DNA of 43,234 bases from Thelocarpon superellum (Eukaryota): NCBI GenBank assembly GCA_026025795.1, contig JAPEUG010000009.1, forward strand, positions 62,001 to 105,234. Direction: 5' to 3'. Numbering within the stretch: the stretch's first letter is position 1; every line of letters starts with the position of its first letter. This document shows, in pieces, positions 33,885-43,234 of this stretch. The translations under genes and the position numbers were made by a program. Below the pieces are notes generated by a model, which was not told the DNA's origin, did no database searches, and was given only the letters and a program-made list of their open reading frames with translations.

Positions 33885-35330
33885 ATGCCCTTTCTCTTCA
33901 CCCTCCCCACCACCTCGCATCTGTCGTTCCCCGACTATCTGCGGAGCGACTCGCATCCATCGCTGCCCTTCGAGGCGACGATCCATCGCGGCGTGCTGCG
34001 GGATACGCTGAAACGACACAAACGGCTGGACCGGGCGGCCCAGTCGACCCACCTACCCCATGTACTCGCGGCCCTCGAGGGATATATCCCGTACCTGTGC
34101 GCGCTGGACCAGGGCCTGAGCGCGGCCAGCGTCGCGGGCGAGGAGGTCGATGTCGTGCTCGAGCAGGAGGTGAGGGTGGCATGGCGTACGTCGCTGACCT
34201 CGACCCTCCCGGGTCGCGAGCCAGCCCGGGTGTCGTTGCGCAGCGTGGAGTATGAGATCTTCTTTGTCCTATCGACCTTGGCCTATACGCACACCTTGAT
34301 GGCACGGGTGCATCTGCACGCGCTCTACACCCCTACCACGCCGTCGGCGGCGCAACGACGTACCGCCATCACGGCGGCCACGCGAGTGCTCCTCCAGGCC
34401 AGCTCCATCCATGCCTATCTCCTGCGCCGCGGCCAGGACGCCACGGTGCCGCCTCCCGTGCTCGACCTCTCGCCCGCCGTGCACCGGGCGCTGGCGGCGA
34501 TGGCGCTGGCCGATGCCACCTTGCTTGCCGTGCTGCAAGACGACCCTTACCCCGTCGTGGTGTCGCAGAGCCGCAACGAGCACGATCACGAGTGGATGAT
34601 CAAGGCCCCCGACATCCCCCGGGTGCGCGCCCATCTGTTCGCGCGCCTCTGCCTGGCCGCGAGCGAGCACGCCAGCCAGGCGGTGGCGACGCTCGCCTCA
34701 ACTAGCGGCGTCGACGACAGCCTGCGCACCTATCTGGCCGGGCTGGTCAAGACAGCGCGGGGCAAAGCGTGTCGCTTCCTCGCGCTCGACGCCGACCTGG
34801 GCGGCAAGACGGGCGAGGCGATTGGCTGGGTCCGCGGCGGGGCGAAAGAGCTGGGCTTTGGCGGGGTGGCGGCTACGGCGGGGGAAGAGGACGGCAGCCG
34901 GCGATGGGCACGGTGGCGGCGGGCGTGGGACGAGAAGCGCGAGGACAAGAGGGTCGAGCGCGGCGGCGAGTGGGGTCTCGACGGCGGCCGGCTGGAGGAA
35001 GGCCGGGTGCTGGACATGTTGGAGGCCAAGTGGGTGAAGATGAACGACACCGTCAACACGCAGACCATCCCGCCCTCGACCACGCTCCTGGCGCGCCTCC
35101 CGTCCGGCCGCGAGATCCACAACGTGCCGCCGTACCCGCCACCGAGCCTCGACGCCGACGTGCTCGCTACGATGCGGTCGCCGCTAGAACCACGGGCGCG
35201 AGAACTATACGACGCGGAACACGGGGATGACGACGACGACGACGAAGCCGACGATCGCGATGGAGCCGGCATACCCGGTGCCTTTCCTGGGGCGAGCATC
35301 CGCTCGGCGTCCGGGACTGGATACTACTAG
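33885..35330 (+). CDS. palC: pH-response regulator PalC (Bro1-like domain)
   Basis: Start MPFLFTLPTTS (ATG 33885; the upstream extension to 33717 is probably not coding). Motifs RGVLRDTLKRHKRL, YIPYL, DDPYP, EWMIKAPDIPRVRAHLFARLCLAASEHA, WVKMNDT and LPSGREI, plus the di-aromatic C-terminus (YY) characteristic of PalC. Confidence 0.93.
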   Translation: MPFLFTLPTTSHLSFPDYLRSDSHPSLPFEATIHRGVLRDTLKRHKRLDRAAQSTHLPHVLAALEGYIPYLCALDQGLSAASVAGEEVDVVLEQEVRVAWRTSLTSTLPGREPARVSLRSVEYEIFFVLSTLAYTHTLMARVHLHALYTPTTPSAAQRRTAITAATRVLLQASSIHAYLLRRGQDATVPPPVLDLSPAVHRALAAMALADATLLAVLQDDPYPVVVSQSRNEHDHEWMIKAPDIPRVRAHLFARLCLAASEHASQAVATLASTSGVDDSLRTYLAGLVKTARGKACRFLALDADLGGKTGEAIGWVRGGAKELGFGGVAATAGEEDGSRRWARWRRAWDEKREDKRVERGGEWGLDGGRLEEGRVLDMLEAKWVKMNDTVNTQTIPPSTTLLARLPSGREIHNVPPYPPPSLDADVLATMRSPLEPRARELYDAEHGDDDDDDEADDRDGAGIPGAFPGASIRSASGTGYY

Positions 35331-35597
35331 AGGAGTGACAACAGATTCGGGCATCAAATGCTAGAAGAAGAGAAAAGTGAAAGAGACGATGACACGACAT
35401 AAGTACAACCGGTCTGCGATCAAACATGTCCCACCCTGCTCCACGCCATCCGGCCTTCACGGAGCTGCGTCGAGATGAGCCTGTGCTTCCTGGTTCTTAC
35501 CGCATCGATGCGACTCCTCTGCCAGGCGCGATTCATTCTGGTCTGTCTCCGTGGTTGTATGCACCGACTCCACACACCCAGTCCGCCCGACCACCTC

Positions 35598-36362
35598 CTA
35601 CTCGCGCCAGTGGCCGTGGGGACCATCGCCGGTGTTGCGGTGTGCCGAGACGTACGAACTCGCCGGTGCTCCGGTGCCACCGCGCGCAACGATCTCCTCG
35701 CTGCGCTCTTGGTGGTGGTGACCGCCCCATGAATCACCGGGCGCCCCAGCGTCTTCGTGGTGGTCGCCGTCGCGGTGTGCCGAGACGTACGAACTCGCCG
35801 GTGCTCCGGTGCCACCGCGCGCAACGATCTCCTCGCTGCGCTCTTGGTGGTGGTCGCTGTCGCGATGTGCCGAGACGTACGAACTCGCCGGTGCTCCGGT
35901 GCCACCGCGCGCAACGATCTCGATGCTGCGTTCATCGTGATGATGACCACCGCCCCACGAAGGACCGACCACACCGTCCTCGTGGTACTCGGTATCGCGG
36001 TGGGCGGAGACGTACGAGCTCGCCGGTGCTCCGTCGCCGCCGCGCGCGGCGATCTCACTGCGCTCGTGGTGGTGGTGACCCCCCCACGAAGAACCGGGGG
36101 GCCCACCATCTTCGTGGTGGTCGTTGGCATGGATTCCAGGGCCGTACGCATCTCCGGGACCGGAAGAGCCGCGACGCTCCATCATCTCTTCCTCACTTCG
36201 CTCGTGGTGGTGATGGCCGCCGCCCCACGAGGGACCGACGACACCATCCTCGTGGTGATGGTTCCATGAGGGGCCGACGACCCCGGGGGCGGGGGCCGGA
36301 GCCGCGGCAACGAGGGCCAGCAGGGAGGAGAGGGCGACGACGGTAGAGCTCTTGACGAACAT
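35598..36362 (-). CDS. Secreted His/Gly-rich tandem-repeat precursor protein (KEP-like peptide precursor), 254 aa
   Basis: Signal peptide MFVKSSTVVALSSLLALVAA-AP, followed by repeated modules (GVVGPSW, GAPASSY, HHHxERS, IVAR|GG). Single exon. DNA repeats 35637-35719 and 35772-35854 are identical. Confidence 0.85.
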   Translation of the reverse strand: MFVKSSTVVALSSLLALVAAAPAPAPGVVGPSWNHHHEDGVVGPSWGGGHHHHERSEEEMMERRGSSGPGDAYGPGIHANDHHEDGGPPGSSWGGHHHHERSEIAARGGDGAPASSYVSAHRDTEYHEDGVVGPSWGGGHHHDERSIEIVARGGTGAPASSYVSAHRDSDHHQERSEEIVARGGTGAPASSYVSAHRDGDHHEDAGAPGDSWGGHHHQERSEEIVARGGTGAPASSYVSAHRNTGDGPHGHWRE

Positions 36363-38784
36363 GATGACGGGCTTGCGATGGGAGAAGGAAGGACGGACGG
36401 AAGGAGGAGAAGGATGTCAGTCTGACGTGAGGTGCGCCTGGGTGGAGGAAGGCTGAGGCTTCGGACCGATGGATACCAAGGTGCGATGGAGACGGAGACG
36501 GCGGGTGGTAGACAAGGTGACGGGCAGGGCGGAGCCACGTGGGGGGTATTTAACCCGAGCGAGCCATCGCGACAGGGCGACGGGCAGGATAGAATCGGAG
36601 ACGGGCATGCGGTGGGAGGCGGCCATCAAGACCGCCGGCCAGCCGGCGACATCCTTCGGACCAGGCCATCATGTCGGCTCCACGCCAGCGGAGGAGGGCA
36701 GGGTGGCCAGGAGAGTCTGACGGGTCGGTGTTTAAGCCCAAGATAGCATATGGGCATGCATCCTCCTAACCTTGGAGGTAGAAGCTGCGCACGCCGAGAT
36801 GATCACAGGCGAGAAGGTTGCTGGTGAACGAGACGCATGAGGGCAATGTGCCCTGCACTTTCCCCTTGCGGACGTCCAGGTCCTCGCGCTAGCCGTCATA
36901 ATGCGTGACCGTCCGGACGGCGAATGCGGGCACGGCGTGAACGCCCAAGCGCCCGAATCTGCTCGGCTGCCGCCGCATGAGCTCCGATGATGAGCTGACC
37001 TGTGACGGGGAGCCACGGTCAACCACGCTGTTTTGCCAGGCAGGGATCCTCCGAGGACCAGAAGGATGGCAGACGAGGGAAGGATTGGCGGCGATGCGCT
37101 CGGCGGTCCCTGTCATGCCTACCGCCACCCCGACCTAGCCGGACCGCGGTGCTGCAGCGAATGACAGGCCCACCCCAGCACTGGTTCGCGGCCACCGCGG
37201 CCCAGCCGTTGTGCGTCGGCGCCCCATGGGTCCCCGTCCCCTAGCACGGGCGCCGATCGCGACAAGTTCACAGGCCATCGCCCACAGTGTGCCGCGTCCC
37301 CTGTCCACGCCATCCTCCACCACGGACGCGAGTCTTCTCGAAGGCCCGAAGAAGGATGTCCGGGCGCCTAGCAAACACTCGCCATCAAGCCTCCGCCAGT
37401 ACCGGCGCTCGTCTACAAACTTCTCGTATGCAGCTTCCGGTCTCTTCGTGACTCGCCTGCCCAACTGCCCAGTCCGAATATTCATGCGAATCGTGCGACT
37501 TATGCGACAGACACATGATTGGCCGACCGCGACGGTGGCCGCCATCGTGGCCGGTTCACGGAGGCCGACGGTCGTCGGCATGCTGCCATGCTTGGCCGCA
37601 TGAGATCCTGGAGAAAGTCGCCAACCGCTCGAATGCCTTCGGTGCATCCCCGTCTCCACCCCTGTCGTGAGTGCTGACGCCGGGTCGCCGGGCAAGATCG
37701 CGTCGACCCTGTTGCCGGCGCCCGTGACCTGGTCCTTGCGTGCGCTGACGACGATCATGAACGGGCCGGTGGCGCATCGGATTCGGCACGGGACGAGGTG
37801 TCGGATTACGTACGCGCGCAGAGAAGTCATGCGAGTAACTGCCGCATCATGCGAGCACTCGGTTTTGTAGTCACCACGGCCAGGTCGTTCGTCGTCCCAC
37901 CCTGCTATCTCTTCGTCGTCGCACGGTGTTCACCGTCCCCTCCGTAGAGAGGCGCTCGCTCTCGCTGACGCTGAGGCGAGACCGACCGGAGCAACGGGGT
38001 GGGAGGATTCTCGCCGTAGTGGCCGAGGTGTGCAACTCCTCGGTCCGCTATCCGATACGGTCCAAGCGTGGTTCGAGCCCTGCTACTGGGAGGGTAGTAG
38101 TCCTCGTACTATCCCACCCAGGACCACCTGAGGTCTACTTGGTAGGAGCAGAGAGACATGGCGATACGCCCGTGACCGGCACACGGTGAACGTCCCTCGC
38201 CGCGTCGAGGGCGCCAATGGAGAGCCGAGCACCGGCCCCCTTCCCCCGGGGCCAGCACGAGCCACAGGCGACAAGCCTCCGCTCCCCCAGCGGCGTAGTC
38301 GGTCCATGCCAGAACGGGGCCGTGGGCCAGGACCACGATGCGATACCGACCACTTATGCCACCGCTCCACCGGACCAAGAGCGTGGATGAAGCAACTGCC
38401 ATCGATGACCCGAGAGCCTAGGGCTGATTGCGTGCACGACCATCACCCTTTCCAACACCAACGCCCGGCTTCTGCTCCCCGCCATCGTACCGTCGTCGAC
38501 GTGAGCGCCCTGGCGTCATCTACCGACACCCGACCGTCCGACCCACCTTCCTATCCCATCCGATCACCCCCACCTTGAGGGTCGTACATGATGGCGATAA
38601 AACGGGTCCATGAGCGCCGAGCTCAAGGCCCCGCTCAGAGCCGAGCTCAGGGCATATCTATTTCTACCGGTGCACGGTTGTACACCATCCTCGCCTGTCC
38701 GTCTCCATTGTTGTCCTTCTCCTTCTCTTTTGGCTTGTCCTTATCGCTCCAGTCGTCTCCCATTCCTGCTCGCGTGTCACCGTC

Positions 38785-40804
38785 ATGGCCGCTGCTCACG
38801 ATACCAACGAGATGGACCGAATCGAACAGATCGAACAGATCGACAGACGGCCATCAGGGGAGGCGGAGGCGGAGGCGGATGCGGGTACGGTGACCTCTTA
38901 TGCGAATCGGGCCATCACCAGCTTGCACGACCCCAACGTCCAGTTCGAGGAATACCTCTACTATGCCACCATCTCGCGGAGCGAGGAGCAGCGGCTCTAT
39001 GGCGCCAATACCACCTCGAATCAAGCTCGCCGTCGGTCCCGACGCTTCCTCCCGTTTGGGGGTGACGAGAAAACTCGTGCGGTCGAGACGGCCACGCGTC
39101 CCAGCAGCAACGAGACGCCGGAGAAGTCGCAGTCTGAGAAGACGGTGGTGGAAGTCAAGGCCGGGACCGAGGGCTCCTCCAGCTCCACTACCCTCCCCGT
39201 CGTCACCGACCAGGAATGGGTGCAAGCTTCGCGAGCGGCCCGGACCGCCACCTGGGGCGCGGTGTTCTATCTGATCACCACCGACATCCTCGGCCCATTT
39301 TCGGTACCGTAGGTGTCGTCTGGTCCATGTCCTGCGCTTCTTGATGACTGATGTCATGCGACAGGTGGGCCATGTCGCAATTGGGCTATGGACCGGGCAT
39401 TGCCTTGTTTACGGTCTTTGGTGCCTTGGCCGGATAGTATGTCTTTCTCCCCCTGGAAAGTTGGTCACTGTGCATGGGCTAACCTTCAACCCCTGTAGTA
39501 CCGGCTACCAGATCTGGCAGATGTTCTTGGGCCTCGACAGCGATCGCTACCCCTTGAAGAACTACGGTGATATCGCGTATCGGATCTTCGGGCAGTGGGC
39601 GCGGTACACGTGCAACGTGCTCCAGAGCTTGCAATTCTTCCTCAACGTCGCCATCTTGATCATCTCCAACGGGCAGGCCATCAGTCAGCTGTCCAAGGGC
39701 ACGCTCTGCTTCATCGTCTGCCTCGTCATCTTCGTCGTCGCTGGCTTCTCGCTCGGGCAGATCCGGACGCTGGCGAAATTCGGCTACGTTGCCAACCTCG
39801 CCGTCTGGATGAACCTGCTCGTCATCTTCTTGACCATGGGCGTCGTGGCGCATAGTTCGCCCAACTACAAGGCCGTCGCCGCCTCGTATCCCAACGTGTT
39901 GCCCGACCCGGATCATCCTGGACCCATCGTTCATACGCTGGGTACTCCGGCGAACCTGTCATTCACCAACAACATCAATGGGCTCATGCAAGCCGTCTTC
40001 TCCTATGGCGGTGCCACCCTGTTCTGCGAGTTCATGGCGGAGATGCGCAGACCGTAAGTGCCTCCGTGCTTATGGACGTCGGGGGGTCCTCGGCTCACTT
40101 GTTCGGATAGGCGTGATTTCTGGAAGGGCCTGATCTGTGCCGAGGCCGTCATCTACACGGCGTACATGATCTTTGGCCTGTTCGTCTACGCCTATCAAGG
40201 GCAGTATGCTTTTAACCCGGCCAATCAAGGCATCACGCCCTACAACTTCCAAACGGCCGGGAACGTGCTCGGCTTGATCTCGGCCTTGATCGCGGCGTGC
40301 ATGTACGGCAACATCGGGATCAAGGTGCTCTACGCCAACGTTGGTCGCGAGCTTCTTCACTTCCCCCCGCTCGAGTCGCGCGGCGGCAAGATGATCTGGA
40401 TCGGGCTGGTGCCGCTCTATTGGATCCTGGCCTTTGTGGTTGGCTCCGCCATCCCGCAGATCTCCAACTTCTCCTCGCTCGTCGGAGCGGCGTGCATCCT
40501 TCAATTCACCTACACTTTCCCGCCCATCTTGATGCTTGGGTTCAAGGCGCAGCGGGATTCCATCTTGCCCGAGGAGACATTTGATCCCCAGACCGGCCTG
40601 GTGACGCGCGTCGACAGCGGCATGGCGAGATGGATGCGCGGCCTTCGCCGTGATCTGCTCATCAATGCGTGGGATGCCTTTTTCGCCATTGGCGCGGCCG
40701 CCACGGCCACGCTGGGCATCTACGCCAGCGTCGTTCTTCTCATCCAAGGATACCAGGACAACCCGTCCCAGGCGGCGTTTTCGTGCAAGTCGCCATCGGG
40801 CTAA
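38785..40804 (+). CDS. Amino-acid permease (Aa_trans/AAAP family, Mtr-like), 4 exons: 38785-39308, 39365-39436, 39499-40053, 40111-40804
   Basis: FEEYLYYA, RTATWGAVFYLITTDILGPFSVP|WAMSQLGYGPG, VFSYGGATLFCEFMAEMRRP|RDFWK, YGNIGIKVLY and QFTYTFPP. Introns 39309-39364, 39437-39498 and 40054-40110 keep frame. Confidence 0.93.
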
Positions 40805-41161
40805 GGGTTTGGTGATGATGACGGTGTTTAGGATCGGGGTGTGGGGAGTCGCGGTGTTGAGGATCGGGTGTTGAGGATTGGGGGGTCGAGTGACCGCGGT
40901 TACTGTGACTTGCGTATTGTGGCCATCTTGGCGATCTTCATCTTCGTAATAATAGAAAGCTGTATATGATCATCGATTGCCGAATCCTACATCATTGAAT
41001 CAGGACATGAGTCGCTGGAGCAGAGGATGAAGACGTTGAGCGGGTGCAGCTCACTTCCGTAGTCGGGGTCGACAGGACGCTTAGGTAATATTGATCTCGT
41101 CCCACTATCGAAGAATGAGATCCGCAAGACTCACGAGGGGGAACCAAATCAGCGTCCAGAC

Positions 41162-43234
41162 ATGACAGCAATTGATTCAGTCAAGATGCCAAGTCTAAAG
41201 CGTGGCGCAGAGGAGGCCACCAATGGAGTCTCAAAGAGATTGAAAGCCGAGTCTCAGATCCAGGGCAGCTTTGGAGAGGGACTATTCGAGGACGAGACCC
41301 TTCAACGCCACACCCACACATATGCCAAATCGGAACCGTACGTGGTCATCGTCACGACTGCACAGGTCCACCGCTAATTCTTTCCTGCAGATTCAAACAT
41401 GGCGTCATCCCCAACCTTATCGATCCCTCCCTGCTCGCGTCCGTCCAAGGGGAGATCAAAAGTTCGCTTTCATTCACCCCCAAGGAGACAGACATCTACA
41501 AGATCCACCAGAGCGGTGATCTGGCGAACCTCGACGGGCTAGACGACGCATCTTTATCGCAACTACCATCGCTCCTGAACCTCCGCGACGCCTTGTACTC
41601 GCCGGCCTTTCGAACCTACCTCTCGACCATCACAGCCGCCGGACCGCTCTCGGGCCGGAAGACCGATATGGCGATCAATGTGTACACGCCCGGATGCCAC
41701 CTCCTGTGCCACGACGATGTCATTGGCAGTCGAAGAGTCAGCTACATTCTGTACCTGACGGATCCAGAGCATCCGTGGCGCGAGGAGTGGGGGGGTACGC
41801 TTCGACTCTATCCGACGCAGAGCGTGACGACGAGTGATGGCCGCACGACCAAGACGCCGTCGCCCGACCACAGCGTCAGTATTCCTCCGGCGTTTAACCA
41901 GCTATCCTTCTTTGCCGTTCGGCCTGGAGAGAGCTTCCACGATGTGGAGGAGGTATATGCCCCCGAAGAAAAGCAAACGGCCGAACAGAAGCAGAAGGTC
42001 GACGAGAAAGGTCGCATCCGCATGGCCATCAGTGGCTGGTATCACATCCCGCAAGAGGGCGAAGAGGGATATGTGGAAGGACTGGAGGAGCAGTTGGCGG
42101 AGAAGAGTAGCCTGGTGCAACTGCAAGGAACGGGAGACGAACTGGATCACCCGCGATCACGGGTGCAAGAGTACGTGGGGGAGGTCAGCATGGGGGAGAA
42201 GGGGGCAAAGCCGGAAGAGGATACGGAGACGGGGACACTGTTGGAGCACGACCTCGACTTTCTCTTGACCTACCTGGCCCCGACGTACCTAACCCCAGAC
42301 ACGCTAGACGAATTAGCGGAGTTGTTTTCAGAAGAGTCGTCGCTCCGACTGGACAATTTCCTGAGCAAGAAATTTGCCGCGCGAGTGCGGAAATACGTCG
42401 AGAGGGAAGAGAACACGGCGTTACCATCGACCACGGCCGACGTTGAGACCACAACGGAGTGGCGCGTGGCTCGACCTCCACATAAGCACCGATATCTCTA
42501 CCAACAGAATGCTCCACTTTCACCTCCATTGTTACCATTACCGTCACCATTGCCAATACCAGCACCATCAACAACGGGACATTCCAAGAAGCCAGCGACG
42601 CCCACCAACCCAATGCGAGAAATAACCGACAAACTCCTCCCTTCGCGCGCATTTCAAAAATGGCTCTCCCTAGCCACGGGGGTGCAGATCAAGTCGTACC
42701 AGGATCTTCTCGCGCGACGCTTTCGGCGCGGCGTCGACTACACTCTCGCCACTGGGCTCGGCGACGGGGTTGCTCGTGTTGAGATTGGACTGGGACTGAC
42801 TCCTACTTCTGGATGGGAAGGCGGAGAAGATGATGAAGACGGGGAGGGTAAAGGGGAAGGGGACGTGGAAGGGGAAGGGGAAGAAGAAAGAGGGGGAGTA
42901 GGCGGCCACGAGATCTACATGGCGAGCGACGACACTTCTTCTCATCCCACTCACCCCACGTCGTCCTCTTCTACAGGGGCAGTCGCGGACCCGGCTATCT
43001 ACAGCAGCGGCCGCAGCCGCAGCGGCACCACTGGAGGAGAAGCGGAGGACGATGACGATGATGGGATCCTGATGAGCACACCCCCAACGTGGAACAAACT
43101 AAACATCGTCCTGCGCGACCAGGGTGTGCTCAAGTTCGTCAAATACCTCAGTCGCTCTGCCCCCGGGGATCGGTTCGACTGCGTGGGCGACTTTGGGTTT
43201 GATGATTCTGCCGATTCTGACGATGTTTCTGGGT
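41162..43234 (+). CDS. TPA1: Prolyl 3,4-dihydroxylase TPA1/Ofd1 (2OG-Fe(II) dioxygenase); exons 41162-41337 and 41391->43234, truncated by the window end; start may be 41186
   Basis: Intron 41338-41390 (GTACGT..GCTAAT..CAG) gives SEP|FKHGVI. Motifs KETDIYKIHQSGDLANLDGL, HLLCHDDVIGSRRVSYILYL (HxD), SFHDVEEV and RMAISGWY, and C-terminal-domain PPHKHRYL, ARRFRRGVDYTLA, WNKLNIVLRD and LKFVKYLS. Confidence 0.95.

Noticed and set aside
35420..36346. Overlapping long ORFs 35426-36346 (+), 35420-36151 (-) and 35757-36269 (+)
   Set aside because: These are shadow frames of the GC-rich repeat gene; only the 35598-36362 frame has a signal peptide and coherent modules.
41162..43234. 2OG-Fe(II) dioxygenase as a tailoring enzyme for the repeat precursor
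   Set aside because: It is the housekeeping ribosomal-protein hydroxylase TPA1/Ofd1 and is not secreted, so its proximity is not evidence of a cluster.
1..43234. tRNA, rRNA, snRNA genes, telomeric arrays, LTR/LINE elements, Starship captain genes
   Set aside because: No such signatures were recognised by eye; a covariance-model or HMM scan would be needed to exclude small RNAs.

Overview
This is eukaryotic, GC-rich, gene-dense fungal genomic DNA. The gene content and the short 48-88 bp introns with (G/A)CTRAC branch sites point to a filamentous ascomycete (Pezizomycotina); the species cannot be determined. It carries about 15 intact genes: a ferric reductase, CLU1, a Yippee/MOH1 protein, a membrane hypothetical, a triple-KH RNA-binding protein, HUT1, a DUF2985-like protein, SEN15, a TBC Rab-GAP, a conserved hypothetical with AP-1/clathrin-type motifs, a sterol-esterase-type lipase, palC, a secreted repeat protein, an amino-acid permease and TPA1/Ofd1 (truncated by the window end). 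Five things stand out. (1) A secreted, Cys-free, His-rich repeat precursor (35598-36362) carrying ten aromatic-terminated heptapeptide units between Arg-type processing sites, a candidate new fungal KEP/RiPP or metal-binding peptide system. (2) An 803-bp non-autonomous TIR element with an apparent 7-bp target-site duplication, CpG-rich ends and a CpG-free interior. (3) A spliced small secreted Cys-rich gene whose signal-peptide exon is missing from the ORF track. (4) A probable HET-domain relic. (5) Tandem PacC-type sites upstream of palC. All exon boundaries and family calls were made by eye; no database searches were run.
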